Shown here: positions 1 through 10,004 of the stretch, in pieces
Numbering within the stretch: position 1 is the stretch's first letter
Layout: the number at the start of each line of letters is the position of its first letter
Assembly (NCBI RefSeq): GCF_003112695.1
Contig: NZ_BFBP01000010.1
Location: 116,438-148,437 of the forward strand
Direction of reading: 5' to 3'
DNA from: Azospira sp. I13
Lineage (GTDB): Bacteria; Pseudomonadota; Gammaproteobacteria; Burkholderiales; Rhodocyclaceae
DNA: 32,000 nucleotides
Notes under the pieces: model-generated
Databases searched by the model: none
What the model was told of the DNA's origin: nothing
The model's input: only the letters and a program-made list of their open reading frames with translations
Position numbers and translations under genes: made by a program

Positions 1-1431
1 CCGGGAAGGCGGCGCCACGGCAATACTGTCGATAAAGGGCAGCAGTTGCAGCGCTTCGCCCTTGAGGCGGTCGGCCAGCAACTGACGGCCCCGCTTCCAG
101 GTGGTCATGAGGACGAAAACGAAGACGCCGACCACCAGGGGGAACCAGCCGCCATCCGGAATCTTCAGGATGTTGGCGGCCAGGAAAGTCAATTCCACCA
201 CCAGGAAGCCGGCAAACAGCAGCACAGCGCGGCTCCAGCCCCACCCCCAGACTTTGGCTGCCACCACGGTGGCCAGCAGGGAAGTAATGACCATGTCGCC
301 GGTCACGGCAATGCCGTAGGCCGCCGCCAGGTTGTTGGAAGACTTGAAGCCCAGCACCAGCACGGCTACGGCACCAAAAAGACCCCAGTTCACACCGGGC
401 AGGTAAATCTGGCCTTGCTCCTTCTCGGAAGTGTGCTGCACTTCCATGCGCGGCACGAAACCGAGTTGCATGGCTTGGCGGGTCACCGAGAAAGCGCCGG
501 AAATGACGGCCTGACAGGCGATCACGGTGGCCACGGTCGCGAGGGCTACCAGAGGCATGACCGCCCAGTCGGGGGCGGAGTTGAAGAAGGGATTGGCGGC
601 GGCGGCGGGGTCGTCCAAGATCAGGGCGCCCTGGCCGAAGTAGTTGAGCACCAGGGCCGGCAGCACGAAGCTGAACCAGGCCAGCTGGATGGGCTTACGG
701 CCAAAATGCCCCATATCTGCATAGAGGGCCTCGGCGCCGGTCACCGCCAGCACTACGTTGCCCATGGCCACCAGGGCCATGGCCTTGTTGGCAAAGAGGA
801 ACTCGATGCCGTACAGGGGATTGGCCGCCAGCAGCACGTGGGGATTGGCCATGATGTTCCACAAGCCCAGCAGGGCCAGGGTGGAAAACCAGGCCAACAT
901 CACCGGACCAAACAGCACCCCCACCGTGGCAGTACCCCGGCGCTGGATGAAAAACAGGCCGAACAGCACAAAGAGGGTGATGGGAATGATGTAGGGCTTG
1001 AAGCTCGGGGTTACGATCTCCAGGCCTTCCACGGCGGAAAGCACGGAAATGGCAGGGGTCACCATGCCGTCACCGTAGAACATGGCGGCACCGAGAATGC
1101 CGATGACCATGATGATTTTCTGCCGCCTGGCCTTGCCCTGGGACTCGTGCAGGGCAAGGGCGATGAGGGCCATGATGCCCCCCTCGCCCCGATTGTCAGC
1201 CCGCATGATGAACGCCACATATTTCAGGGACACCACAATGATGAGGGCCCAGAAAAAGAGGGAGAGGCTGCCGAGCACATTGGCCTCGGTCAGGGGGATA
1301 GGGTGGTTTCCGGCAAAAACTTCTTTCATGGCGTACAGCGGGCTGGTCCCGATGTCGCCATAAACCACGCCCAGTGCGGCCAGGGCCAGTGCGGCCAGGC
1401 GCGACTTGGTGGTCTGAACGGAATCGTGCAT
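1..1431 (-). CDS. kup: KUP/HAK/KT family potassium transporter (partial; C-terminal part lies beyond the window)
   Basis: Absent from the ORF track because it runs off the window edge. The minus-strand frame is open from the ATG at 1431-1429 to base 1 (477 codons). N-terminus reads MHDSVQTTKSRLAALALAALGVVYGDIGTSPLYAMKEVF, containing the GDIGTSPLY signature of Kup. The last codons read ...TTWKRGRQLLADRLKGEALQLLPFIDSIAVAPPSR. Confidence 0.9.
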   Translation of the reverse strand, partial: MHDSVQTTKSRLAALALAALGVVYGDIGTSPLYAMKEVFAGNHPIPLTEANVLGSLSLFFWALIIVVSLKYVAFIMRADNRGEGGIMALIALALHESQGKARRQKIIMVIGILGAAMFYGDGMVTPAISVLSAVEGLEIVTPSFKPYIIPITLFVLFGLFFIQRRGTATVGVLFGPVMLAWFSTLALLGLWNIMANPHVLLAANPLYGIEFLFANKAMALVAMGNVVLAVTGAEALYADMGHFGRKPIQLAWFSFVLPALVLNYFGQGALILDDPAAAANPFFNSAPDWAVMPLVALATVATVIACQAVISGAFSVTRQAMQLGFVPRMEVQHTSEKEQGQIYLPGVNWGLFGAVAVLVLGFKSSNNLAAAYGIAVTGDMVITSLLATVVAAKVWGWGWSRAVLLFAGFLVVELTFLAANILKIPDGGWFPLVVGVFVFVLMTTWKRGRQLLADRLKGEALQLLPFIDSIAVAPPSR

Positions 1432-1765
1432 GCGAACTCCCGAAAGAGATGACTGACAGCGCTTCGATGCACTCCCGCCGCTTTTTCAACGTCTGCCGAT
1501 ATTTTCGGTGCACGCCTGCGGCTTCGGGAATGCCGGCGGGGAGAACCCAAAAATAAGGCGCTCCTCGCCACGGAGGCCCGTAAGGGCATCCGGAGGACCG
1601 CCAGTGTATACCGTTTTTTGCAACGCAACATTGCCGTTTTCCCAACCTTACCCCCACTCCCCCACCGATTCATGCCGGCGTCCTTGACAAGGATGCAGAC
1701 GGTGGCGGAAACCCGCCAACTGTCTGGTAAACTTGCGGTTTCCACATCCAAGCCCCCGGGCCCCC

Positions 1766-2581
1766 ATGAAGTCAGCCCCCAAGTCCCTTGCCCTGCTCGA
1801 AATCAAGGGCACCACCCTGGCCATGACGGTATTGCAGGCTACGCTCCGCTCGGCAGACCTGCCCTCCCTGGCCGACAGCCTTTCCGACCAGTACGGCCCC
1901 GAATCCGATTTTTTCAGTTTCGAACCCACCATCATCGATCTGGGCGAGCTTCCTGGCGACGTATCCCTGGACTGGTCGGAACTGCTGCCCCTGCTGCGCC
2001 GCTACCGGCTAGCCCCGATCGGCATCCGCAACAGCAGCGCCGATCAGGCCGCAGCGGCCCGGGTGGCCGGCCTGGTCATCGTCGAGGAAGCCGAAACGGC
2101 TGTCCGCCACGGCGCACGGCGCAGCGAACCTGAAGCCCCTGCCGCCGAATCCGTACCCGCAGCACCGGTTGCCGCCGTGCCGAGCCAAAGCGAACTGGAT
2201 ATTGCGCCGGTCGCTGCCCCCGTGCCGGCAGCCCCGCTCCCCGCCGCCACCCTGGTCCTGGACAAGCCCTTGCGCTCCGGCCAGCAGGTCTATGCCCGAG
2301 GCGGTGATCTGGTGGTACTGGCCATGGTCAGCCCGGGGGCCGAGGTCATTGCCGATGGCCACATCCACGTCTATGCCCCCTTGCGGGGCCGCGCCCTGGC
2401 CGGCGCCCGGGGCGACGTCAATGCCCGCATCTTTACCACCTGCTTCGAGGCGGAACTGACTTCCATTGCCGGGGTGTATCGCACCTTCGAGCCCGGCGCG
2501 GAAAAGGCCCTCACCAGCAAGCCGGTACAAATCCATCTGGAGGGGGAAAAGCTCGTCCTAACTCCCCTCAAGACCTGCTGA
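1766..2581 (+). CDS. minC: Septum site-determining protein MinC
   Basis: ORF 1733..2581. The ATG at 1766 (MKSAPKSLALLEIKG...) is the more plausible start. An Ala/Pro-rich linker is followed by the conserved C-terminal domain (LRSGQQVYARGGDLVVL..VSPGAEVIADGHIHVYAPLRGRALAG). It sits directly upstream of minD and minE. Confidence 0.9.
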   Translation: MKSAPKSLALLEIKGTTLAMTVLQATLRSADLPSLADSLSDQYGPESDFFSFEPTIIDLGELPGDVSLDWSELLPLLRRYRLAPIGIRNSSADQAAAARVAGLVIVEEAETAVRHGARRSEPEAPAAESVPAAPVAAVPSQSELDIAPVAAPVPAAPLPAATLVLDKPLRSGQQVYARGGDLVVLAMVSPGAEVIADGHIHVYAPLRGRALAGARGDVNARIFTTCFEAELTSIAGVYRTFEPGAEKALTSKPVQIHLEGEKLVLTPLKTC

Positions 2582-2621
2582 CATCCTCCGAATCATCAAC
2601 CTTTCACATTCCCGAGGTCCC

Positions 2622-3434
2622 ATGAGAATCATCGTCGTCACTTCCGGCAAGGGTGGGGTAGGCAAGACCACCACCAGCGCTGCCTTCGCCTCCGGCCTCG
2701 CCCTGCGTGGTTTCAAGACTGCGGTCATCGACTTTGACGTCGGCCTGCGCAACCTGGACCTGATCATGGGCTGCGAACGCCGGGTGGTCTATGACCTGGT
2801 AAACGTCATCAATGGCGAAGCCAACCTGACCCAGGCCCTGATCAAGGACAAGCACGCCGAGAACCTCTTCGTGCTGCCCGCCTCCCAGACCCGGGACAAG
2901 GACGCCCTGACCGAGGAAGGTGTGGAAAAGGTGCTCAAGGAACTGGAGCACATGGGCTTTGACTACGTGGTCTGCGACTCCCCTGCCGGCATCGAGCGGG
3001 GTGCCGTCATGGCCCTGACCTTCGCCGACGAGGCCATTGTCGTTTCCAATCCGGAAGTTTCCTCCGTACGCGACTCGGACCGCATCCTGGGCATCGTCCA
3101 GTCCAAGTCCCGCCGTGCCAAGGAGGGCAGCGAGGCGGTCAAGGAACATCTGCTGGTAACCCGCTACTCCCCGAAACGGGTAGACGATGGGGAAATGCTC
3201 TCCTTCAAGGATGTGCATGAACTGCTGCGCATTCCCCTGCTAGGCGTCATTCCCGAATCCGAAGTGGTGCTGCAAGCCTCCAACCAGGGCACCCCGGCCA
3301 TCCACATGAACGGCAGCGATGTTGCCGATGCCTATCAAGACATGGTGGCCCGCTTCCTCGGCGAGGAAGTCCCCCTGCGCTTCGTGGATTACGAAAAGCC
3401 CGGCCTGCTGAAGCGTCTGTTCGGAGGCAAGTGA
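2622..3434 (+). CDS. minD: Septum site-determining ATPase MinD
   Basis: N-terminus [21 protein letters not shown] carries the deviant Walker A motif. The 270-aa protein has full-length MinD character and a C-terminal amphipathic helix ([12 protein letters not shown]). Confidence 0.97.
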   Translation: MRIIVVTSGKGGVGKTTTSAAFASGLALRGFKTAVIDFDVGLRNLDLIMGCERRVVYDLVNVINGEANLTQALIKDKHAENLFVLPASQTRDKDALTEEGVEKVLKELEHMGFDYVVCDSPAGIERGAVMALTFADEAIVVSNPEVSSVRDSDRILGIVQSKSRRAKEGSEAVKEHLLVTRYSPKRVDDGEMLSFKDVHELLRIPLLGVIPESEVVLQASNQGTPAIHMNGSDVADAYQDMVARFLGEEVPLRFVDYEKPGLLKRLFGGK

Positions 3435-3435
3435 C

Positions 3436-3702
3436 ATGTCCCTGCTCGACCTTCTCTTCGGCCAGAAGCCCAAGACCGCCTCGGTCGCCAAGGAACGCCT
3501 GCAGCTCATCATTGCCCGCGAACGCAGTGGCGAGCAAAGCTCCCCTGACTTTCTGCCGCAATTGCAGCAGGAGTTGATTGCCGTCATCTCCAAGTACGTC
3601 AAGGTGAATCAGGACGACATCAAGGTTTCCCTGGAAAAGAAAAACAACTTCGAGGTACTGGAAGTCAACATCGTCCTGCCGGAAGTCCCCACAGGCCGCT
3701 GA
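3436..3702 (+). CDS. minE: Cell division topological specificity factor MinE
   Basis: 88 aa, [30 protein letters not shown]... is the typical MinE N-terminus. The start lies 1 nt after the minD stop. Confidence 0.95.
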   Translation: MSLLDLLFGQKPKTASVAKERLQLIIARERSGEQSSPDFLPQLQQELIAVISKYVKVNQDDIKVSLEKKNNFEVLEVNIVLPEVPTGR

Positions 3703-3718
3703 CGACTGTTCGCTCAAC

Positions 3719-3757
3719 AAAAAGGCCGGTGCGAGTTTCGCACCGGCCTTTTTGTTT
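3719..3757 (+). terminator. Rho-independent terminator after minE (flanking A and T tracts, so potentially bidirectional)
   Basis: Stem GGCCGGTGCG (3724-3733) pairs with CGCACCGGCC (3739-3748) around a 5-nt loop, followed by TTTTTGTTT. Confidence 0.7.
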
Positions 3758-3783
3758 GCCATGAATACGCTTAGATTCTTGCA

Positions 3784-3815
3784 ATAAAAAACGGGCACCC
3801 GAAGGTGCCCGCTTT
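3784..3815 (-). terminator. Rho-independent terminator of the porin gene
   Basis: The minus strand reads GCGGGCACC-TTCG-GGTGCCCG followed by TTTTTTATT. It lies about 30 nt downstream of the porin stop at 3843. Confidence 0.65.
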
Positions 3816-3842
3816 CAACTTCAAACTCTCGGTGAGGAGAGA

Positions 3843-4961
3843 TTAGAAGGAGTGACGCAGACCAACTTGCACGCCGGAGTTGGTGGCGCCAGCAGCGGTA
3901 CCGCCGATGGGGCTCACGCCGAAGCCGTAGTTGGCGAAGTCGTTGTTAGCCAGACGGGAGTAGGTAGCCTTCAGCAGGGTGCGCTTGGACAGGCTGTGCT
4001 CGTAACCGACGGCGAACAGCTTGGCACCGGTTTCGTTGGCGGTAGCACCAGCAACCTTCACGTCGCCAGCCTTGTAGTACTGAGCAACCAGCTTGCCGTT
4101 GGTGGTGACGTTGTAGGTACCACCGATACCCCAGACGTTTTGCTTGATGTCGGTACCGACGTTGTCGTCAGCCTTCACGCGGTCGTACATAACGCGCAGG
4201 GAAGCCACGCCGAAGTTGTAGGAACCGCCCAGACGCAGGTCCTTGGCCTTGGTGTCGTTCAGGTCGCCCAGAGCAACGTGGTTGTAGGTCAGACCAGCCA
4301 TGATCGGGCCGTTGTTGTACACAGCACCAACGTCGTAACCCTTCAGGTTAGCCTTGACAACAGCGTTGTCCAGGGTCTTGTTTTCGCCAGAAACGTAAGC
4401 ACCGGTCAGGGTGAAGCCGCTCAGGTTCGGGGAGATGTAGGCGATGGTGTTGCTGAAGCGGGTGTCGAAAACGGAGTTTTCGATGGTGGCGCCACGAGCA
4501 GCGGGAGCGCTGATCACGGGAACCATGTTACCCAGCTTGCCGATGATGCCGCTGTTGGCGCCAATGCCGGTGGAGCCAGCAAACACGTCCAGGGAAGCAC
4601 CCAGAGCACGGGTCGGGCCGGTCAGGCGACCAGCAGCAACGGTACCGAAGCCACCAGCGATACCAGCGTAGGAATCACGAGCGGTGTTCAGGCCAGCACC
4701 GGTGTCGAAAGCGACGGAGGATTCGAACTGGAACACAGCCTTCAGGCCGTTGCCCAGATCTTCCAGGCCCTTGAAGCCGATGTAGGAAGAGTTGGTGGAA
4801 ACACGGGTCATGGAGCCCAGGTCGGCGTTGCCGGCGGCGCTGGAGGTCTTGACGACGTCGAAGGTGGCGTCAGCAACACCGTAGATGGTGACGTTGGATT
4901 GAGCGAAAGCAGCGGTGGAAGCCAGGCCAGCGACGGCCAGAGCGATCAGTTTCTTTTGCAT
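3843..4961 (-). CDS. Outer-membrane general porin (Gram-negative porin, betaproteobacterial type)
   Basis: The ATG at 4961 is preceded by AGGAG. A signal peptide MQKKLIALAVAGLASTAAFA precedes QSNVTIYG. The protein is Gly/Asn/Tyr-rich with beta-strand character and ends in the C-terminal ..GLRHSF motif. The 5' extension of the track ORF to 5141 is unlikely to be real. Confidence 0.85.
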   Translation of the reverse strand: MQKKLIALAVAGLASTAAFAQSNVTIYGVADATFDVVKTSSAAGNADLGSMTRVSTNSSYIGFKGLEDLGNGLKAVFQFESSVAFDTGAGLNTARDSYAGIAGGFGTVAAGRLTGPTRALGASLDVFAGSTGIGANSGIIGKLGNMVPVISAPAARGATIENSVFDTRFSNTIAYISPNLSGFTLTGAYVSGENKTLDNAVVKANLKGYDVGAVYNNGPIMAGLTYNHVALGDLNDTKAKDLRLGGSYNFGVASLRVMYDRVKADDNVGTDIKQNVWGIGGTYNVTTNGKLVAQYYKAGDVKVAGATANETGAKLFAVGYEHSLSKRTLLKATYSRLANNDFANYGFGVSPIGGTAAGATNSGVQVGLRHSF

Positions 4962-5166
4962 CAGGTTTTCTCCTCTTGCAATTAGGAAAGGCAGCGTTGT
5001 TTCCGTGCCCCTTGAATACCACCTCTGATTTGAGGGGTTGGACGGATTCTGGCAAAGGGACGGCAGGGGAGCAATCGCCATGGGCTTTCCCGGCACCTCT
5101 TTTTGAGCACCTGTTGTGTTTTTACAACACAACAACAGCATAAGCCAGGAATCCCTATGCCTTAAG

Positions 5167-5198
5167 CGATAAACGCCGCCCGGAGGCGGCGTTTATCG
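5167..5198 (-). terminator. Perfect 14-bp hairpin downstream of trpC (terminator-like, weak U tract)
   Basis: CGATAAACGCCGCC-CGGA-GGCGGCGTTTATCG. It lies 46 nt downstream of the trpC stop on the minus strand. There is no clean T run, so function is uncertain. Confidence 0.45.
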
Positions 5199-5243
5199 CC
5201 GTGTTGATTGCCATCTTCGCCCGTCAGGCGATGTCGGGTGAAA

Positions 5244-6041
5244 TCAGCCGAACAGCTCGGCCAGCGCAGCGCCCGGCTGGGGCGCCCGCATGAAAGCCTC
5301 CCCGACGAGAAAGCTGGCGACGTTGTGTTCACGCATCAGCGCCACATCTGCGGGCGCAAGAATACCGCTCTCGGTCACCACCAAACGCTCGGCACCAATG
5401 CGGGGCAACAACCCAAGGGTGGTTTGCAGGGAAACCTCAAAGGTCCGCAGATTGCGGTTGTTGATGCCCATCAGGGGCGTCCGCAACTGCAATGCCAGTT
5501 CCAGCTCGTCGCCATCATGAGACTCCACCAGTACGGCCATGCCCAGCTCCATGGCCAGGGCTTCCATTTCCTGCATCTGGGCCAGGCTCAGGGCGGAGAC
5601 GATGAGCAGGATGGCATCTGCCCCCATGGCCCGAGCTTCATAGACCTGATAAGGATCGACGAGGAAGTCTTTGCGCAGGGCGGGCAACGCACAGGCGGCC
5701 CGGGCCGCCTGCAGATATTCCGGAGCGCCCTGGAAGTACTGACGATCCGTCAGCACGGAAAGACAGGCGGCACCATGGGCCGCGTAATCAGCTGCGATGG
5801 CGGCCGGATCGAAGTCCTCCCGGATCACCCCCTTGGAGGGGCTGGCCTTTTTGACTTCCGCAATAACGGCAGCGTGACCGGCAGCCAGCTTGGCGCGGAT
5901 GGCACCGACGAAATCCCGGGCGGGGTCCATCTTGACCCGGGCCTCGGCCTCGGCACGGATCTCGGCCAGGGATTTACTGGCCTGCGCGGCCGCCACCTCG
6001 TCCTGCTTGGTAGCGAGAATCTTCTTGAGGATGTCGCTCAT
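5244..6041 (-). CDS. trpC: Indole-3-glycerol-phosphate synthase
   Basis: 265 aa, with ..[20 protein letters not shown]...LSVLTD..YFQG...LRKDF.. matching conserved TrpC motifs. Its start shares an ATGA overlap with the trpD stop. Confidence 0.95.
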   Translation of the reverse strand: MSDILKKILATKQDEVAAAQASKSLAEIRAEAEARVKMDPARDFVGAIRAKLAAGHAAVIAEVKKASPSKGVIREDFDPAAIAADYAAHGAACLSVLTDRQYFQGAPEYLQAARAACALPALRKDFLVDPYQVYEARAMGADAILLIVSALSLAQMQEMEALAMELGMAVLVESHDGDELELALQLRTPLMGINNRNLRTFEVSLQTTLGLLPRIGAERLVVTESGILAPADVALMREHNVASFLVGEAFMRAPQPGAALAELFG

Positions 6042-7060
6042 GCACCGGCTCCGGTGAAACGCACGAATTCGTCCAACTTGGCCCGGGCTGCGCCACAGGC
6101 GATCACATCCAGAGCCTTCTCCACCCCTTCAGCCATGGTCTCGGCCAAGCCAGCCACATAGAGGCTGGCACCGGCATTCAGGGCAACGATATCCCGGGCC
6201 GGGCCGTTCTTGCCTTCCAGGGCAGCCAGCACCATGGCCTTGGATTCTTCCACATTGCCCACCCGGATCACCCGGGGATCGTGCACCGGCAGGTTGAAGT
6301 CTTCCGGATGAATTTCGTATTCCAGGATGCGCCCGTCCTTCAGCTCGCCAATGAGCGTGCGACCGGAGTTGGAGATTTCATCCAGACCATCCACCCCGAA
6401 TACAGTGAAAGCCCGCTGGGAGCCCAGGCGTTGCAGCACGCGGATGAGGATGCCTACCAGATCGGCATGGAACACTCCCAGCACCTGGCGCGCCGCGCCG
6501 GCCGGGTTGGTCAGGGGGCCAAGGATATTAAAAATGGTGCGCACCCCCAGCTCCCGACGCACCGGGGCGGCGTGTTTCATGGCGCCGTGGTGGTTGGGGG
6601 CGAACATGAAACCGATGCCCACGGTCTCGATGCACTCGGCAATGCGCTCGGGCGGCAAATTGAGGTTTACGCCCAGGGCTTCCAGCACGTCCGCCGAGCC
6701 GCTCTTGGAGGAAACGGAGCGGCCGCCGTGTTTGGCGACCTTGGCCCCGGCGGCGGCACAGACGAACATGGAGGTGGTGGAGACGTTGAAGGTGTGGGCA
6801 CCATCACCGCCGGTACCGACGATATCCACCACGGCAGCGGGATCCTGCACCGGCACCTTGGTGGCGAACTCGCGCATCACCTGGGCAGCAGCGGCGATCT
6901 CGCCGATGGTTTCCTTCTTTACCCGCAGGGCCGTGGTGATGGCGGCGATCATCACCGGACTCATTTCGCCGGACATGATCTGGCGCATCAGCGCCAGCAT
7001 TTCGTCGTGGAAGATTTCCCGGTGCTCGATACAGCGGGTCAAGGCTTCTTGCGGGCTCAT
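6038..7060 (-). CDS. trpD: Anthranilate phosphoribosyltransferase
   Basis: 340 aa, with [17 protein letters not shown] and [21 protein letters not shown] motifs. Its start shares an ATGA overlap with the trpG stop. Confidence 0.95.
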   Translation of the reverse strand: MSPQEALTRCIEHREIFHDEMLALMRQIMSGEMSPVMIAAITTALRVKKETIGEIAAAAQVMREFATKVPVQDPAAVVDIVGTGGDGAHTFNVSTTSMFVCAAAGAKVAKHGGRSVSSKSGSADVLEALGVNLNLPPERIAECIETVGIGFMFAPNHHGAMKHAAPVRRELGVRTIFNILGPLTNPAGAARQVLGVFHADLVGILIRVLQRLGSQRAFTVFGVDGLDEISNSGRTLIGELKDGRILEYEIHPEDFNLPVHDPRVIRVGNVEESKAMVLAALEGKNGPARDIVALNAGASLYVAGLAETMAEGVEKALDVIACGAARAKLDEFVRFTGAGA

Positions 7061-7629
7061 TTGGCGTGCTCCTTGAGGAAATTCTGCAGCATGTCGTGGC
7101 CGTGTTCGGTGAGGATGGACTCGGGGTGGAACTGGACCCCTTCCACCGCCAGGGTCTTGTGCCGCACCCCCATGATTTCACCGTCGTCGGTCCAGGCAGT
7201 GATCTCCAGGCAGTCCGGCAGGCTTTCCCGCTCGATGGCCAAGGAGTGGTAACGGGTGCAGGTCACCGGATTGGGCAAGCCCTTGAAAACGCCCTGATCA
7301 TTGTGATGCACGGGCGAAGTCTTGCCGTGCATCAGCTTCTTGGCATGCACGATGCGCCCGCCGAAGGCCTCGCCGATGGACTGATGGCCCAGGCACACGC
7401 CCAGCAGGGGAATCTTGCCGGCGAATTCGCGGATGGCCGCCAGGGAAACCCCCGCCTGCTGGGGCGCACAGGGCCCCGGGGAAATCACCAGATAGTCCGG
7501 GTTGAGACGGGCGATCTCGCCCAGGGTGATGGCGTCGTTGCGATAGACGCGCACATCCTGGCCCAGCTCGCCGAAGTACTGGACGATGTTGTAGGTGAAG
7601 CTGTCGTAGTTATCGATCATCAGCAGCAT
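7057..7629 (-). CDS. trpG: Anthranilate synthase component II / aminodeoxychorismate synthase glutamine amidotransferase
   Basis: The start is taken at ATG 7629 ([23 protein letters not shown]). The catalytic GVCLGHQ motif and an H..E (FHPES) pair are present. The longer track ORF to 7785 would overlap trpE and is rejected. Confidence 0.9.
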   Translation of the reverse strand: MLLMIDNYDSFTYNIVQYFGELGQDVRVYRNDAITLGEIARLNPDYLVISPGPCAPQQAGVSLAAIREFAGKIPLLGVCLGHQSIGEAFGGRIVHAKKLMHGKTSPVHHNDQGVFKGLPNPVTCTRYHSLAIERESLPDCLEITAWTDDGEIMGVRHKTLAVEGVQFHPESILTEHGHDMLQNFLKEHAK

Positions 7630-7639
7630 GGCAGCGCCC

Positions 7640-9115
7640 TCACTCGAAACGGGTATCGAGGCCGTTCTCGGCCATTTCCGCAGCCCGCAGCACGGCCCGG
7701 GCCTTGTTCTGGGTTTCCTGCCATTCGGAGCTGGGGTCCGAATCGGCGACGATGCCGGCCCCGGCCTGCACGTGCAACTGGCCATCCTTGATCACCGCGG
7801 TGCGGATGGCAATGGCCAGGTCCATATCGCCGTTGAAGCCCAGGTAGCCGATGGCGCCGCCGTAGATGCCGCGCTTCACCGGTTCCAGTTCGTCGATGAT
7901 TTCCATGGCCCGCACCTTGGGGGCACCGGACAGGGTCCCGGCGGGAAAGGCCGCCTTCAGCACATCCAGGGCGGAGAGGCCCGGCTTGAGCTTGCCTTCC
8001 ACGTTGGAAACGATGTGCATCACGTGGGAGTAACGCTCGATGCTCATGCGCTCGGTGAGCTTCACCGAGCCGGTCTGAGCCACCCGGCCGACGTCGTTGC
8101 GGCCCAGGTCCAGCAGCTGTACGTGTTCGGCGATTTCCTTCTGGTCCGCCAGCAGATCCTCAGCCAGGGCCGCATCCTCCTCCGGCGTCGCTCCCCGCTT
8201 GCGGGTGCCGGCGATGGGCCGCACCGTCACGGTATCGCCTTCCAGACGGGTGAGGATTTCGGGGGAAGCACCCACCACATGGAAGTCCTCGAAATCGAAG
8301 TAAAACATGTAGGGGGAAGGGTTAAGGGTACGCAGGGCCCGGTATAGGGACAACGGGCTGGCAGTGAAGGGCTTGGTCATGCGCTGGGACAGCACCACCT
8401 GCATGATGTCGCCTTCGGTGATGTAGCCCTTGGCCTTGGCCACCGCCTGCTTGAAGGGCGCCTCGCCGAAGATGGAAACGGCCGGCTGGGAAGCTGCCGG
8501 CTTTTCCTCGGGAATGGGCGCCGGGGTGCGCAGTTGCGCCAGCAGTTCCTTCAGCCGGGCCTTGGCTTTCTGAAAGGCCCCGGGGAAGCCAGGCTCGGCA
8601 TAAACCACCAGGCTCAGCTTGCCGGAGAGGTTATCCACCACTGCGATCTCCTCCGAGAGCAGCAGCAGAATGTCCGGCGTACCCAGCTCATCGTGCTTGG
8701 CCGCCTTGGTCAGGCGGGTTTCCACATAGCGCACCGTGTCGTAGCCGAAGCAGCCCACCAGGCCGCCGCAGAAGCGGGGCAGGCCGGCGTAGGGAGCGAC
8801 GCGGAAGCGCTGCTGGAAGCTCTCGATGAACTCCAGGGGATTGGTGTCGTTTTCACGCTCGGCGATGCGCTGTCCGGTCAGCACCATGACCTGGTGGCCA
8901 TAGACGGCGATGCGGGTGGGGCTGGAAAGCCCGATGATGGAATAGCGGCCGAAGCGCTCACCGCCCTGCACGGACTCCAGCAGGTAGGTGTAGGGGCCGT
9001 TGGCCAGCTTCAGGTAGATGGAAAGGGGCGTGTCGAGATCGGCAAAGGTCTCGAGGGTCACGGGGATACGGTTGTACCCCTGCGCGGCAAGCGCGTTGAA
9101 TTCGGTTTCGGTCAT
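7640..9115 (-). CDS. trpE: Anthranilate synthase component I
   Basis: 491 aa with chorismate-binding enzyme motifs (..[14 protein letters not shown].., ..[25 protein letters not shown]..). A GAGGT Shine-Dalgarno precedes the ATG. Confidence 0.95.
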   Translation of the reverse strand: MTETEFNALAAQGYNRIPVTLETFADLDTPLSIYLKLANGPYTYLLESVQGGERFGRYSIIGLSSPTRIAVYGHQVMVLTGQRIAERENDTNPLEFIESFQQRFRVAPYAGLPRFCGGLVGCFGYDTVRYVETRLTKAAKHDELGTPDILLLLSEEIAVVDNLSGKLSLVVYAEPGFPGAFQKAKARLKELLAQLRTPAPIPEEKPAASQPAVSIFGEAPFKQAVAKAKGYITEGDIMQVVLSQRMTKPFTASPLSLYRALRTLNPSPYMFYFDFEDFHVVGASPEILTRLEGDTVTVRPIAGTRKRGATPEEDAALAEDLLADQKEIAEHVQLLDLGRNDVGRVAQTGSVKLTERMSIERYSHVMHIVSNVEGKLKPGLSALDVLKAAFPAGTLSGAPKVRAMEIIDELEPVKRGIYGGAIGYLGFNGDMDLAIAIRTAVIKDGQLHVQAGAGIVADSDPSSEWQETQNKARAVLRAAEMAENGLDTRFE

Positions 9116-9205
9116 GGGGACCTCGCAAGTACGACAGGTTGTATTTCAATGCTTGCCCGGGGTGTTTGGGTTTCAACCCGCCGCCCGGGCCCGGGCGGGT
9201 AATTA

Positions 9206-9277
9206 TCAGCGTTGGCGCGGGGAGCGCCAGTCAACGCAGACGCGGCCACGCCAGCCCCAGGCGGCGCGGTTACCCAT
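9206..9277 (-). promoter_or_regulatory. Candidate Trp-rich leader mini-ORF upstream of trpE (speculative)
   Basis: A minus-strand ATG at 9277 opens a 23-codon ORF, MGNRAAWGWRGRVCVDWRSPRQR*, with three Trp codons including W-G-W. It is followed by GC-rich hairpins built from self-complementary CCCGGG repeats. No U-tract terminator and no clear Shine-Dalgarno are present. Confidence 0.3.
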
Positions 9278-9334
9278 CAGGAAAGCATTGAACTTGCGGG
9301 TCACGGTGAAGTGTCGATTCGGAGTCGGTATCGA

Positions 9335-9997
9335 TTAAGCGCCGGCCGCCCAACGGGCCGCTGCGACGAGGTCCGATACTAGCGCATCGCAATCGGCGCT
9401 GTCTACGGGCCGCCCCTCGTTGTAACCATAGGGCACGCAGATCACCGGGCAGCTGGCGGCCCGGGCCGACTCGATGTCGTTGTGGGAGTCACCCACATGC
9501 AGATTAAGGTCCGGCGCCACGCCCAGCCGGGCACAGGCATGCAACAGGGGCTCGGGCCGCGGCTTCTTGAAAGCAAGGGTGTCGCCGGAGACGACCACGT
9601 CGAAATAGCCGGCCAGGCCCATGCGTTCCAGCAGGGGGCCGGTAAAGGCCGCCGGCTTGTTGGTCACTACGCCCAGGGGCAGATCTAAGGCACGGAAGGC
9701 TTCCAGCCCCGCCACCACGCCGGGATAGACCGTGCTGGCCCGACCGTTGATCTCCGCATAGTGCTTGCGGAAGGCGGCAATGCCGGCCTCCAGCAGCGTT
9801 GCCTCGGGCACTACATCCCAGGTCAGGCAGCGCTCCACCAGCACCGCCATGCCCTTGCCGACGAAACGGTGGATGTCGCCGTCCGTGCGGGGTGGCTGGC
9901 CCAGCTCGGCCAGCATGGCGTGGCAGGCGGCCGCCAAGTCGGGGATGGAATCGACCAGGGTACCGTCCAGGTCGAAGGTGGCCGCACGCAGGCGCAT
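9335..9997 (-). CDS. gph: Phosphoglycolate phosphatase (HAD superfamily)
   Basis: The start is taken at ATG 9997 (MRLRAATFDLDGTLVDS...). HAD motifs DLDGT, VVTNK and GDSHNDI are present. The gene occupies the conserved rpe-gph-trpE position. Confidence 0.85.
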   Translation of the reverse strand: MRLRAATFDLDGTLVDSIPDLAAACHAMLAELGQPPRTDGDIHRFVGKGMAVLVERCLTWDVVPEATLLEAGIAAFRKHYAEINGRASTVYPGVVAGLEAFRALDLPLGVVTNKPAAFTGPLLERMGLAGYFDVVVSGDTLAFKKPRPEPLLHACARLGVAPDLNLHVGDSHNDIESARAASCPVICVPYGYNEGRPVDSADCDALVSDLVAAARWAAGA

Positions 9998-10004
9998 CGG
10001 CGAA

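Noticed and set aside
46-1452. 468-aa plus-strand ORF, rich in Gly, His, Gln and Ala
   Set aside because: It is the antisense shadow of kup, whose minus-strand frame gives a clean Kup N-terminus (GDIGTSPLY). The plus-strand translation is low-complexity and has no recognisable domains.
3852-4985. 377-aa plus-strand ORF
   Set aside because: It is antisense to the porin gene. Its Val/Gly/Ser/Asp-rich repetitive translation mirrors the porin codons.
7630-7785. N-terminal extension of trpG (track ORF 7057..7785, 242 aa)
   Set aside because: The extension overlaps the trpE 3' end and is Pro/Arg-rich nonsense. The conserved amidotransferase N-terminus [14 protein letters not shown] begins at 7629.
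9180-9200. GC hairpin CCGCCCGGGCCCGGGCGG as a classical trp attenuator terminator
   Set aside because: No U tract follows it on the minus strand, so it cannot be called an intrinsic terminator. It is kept only as part of the speculative leader finding.
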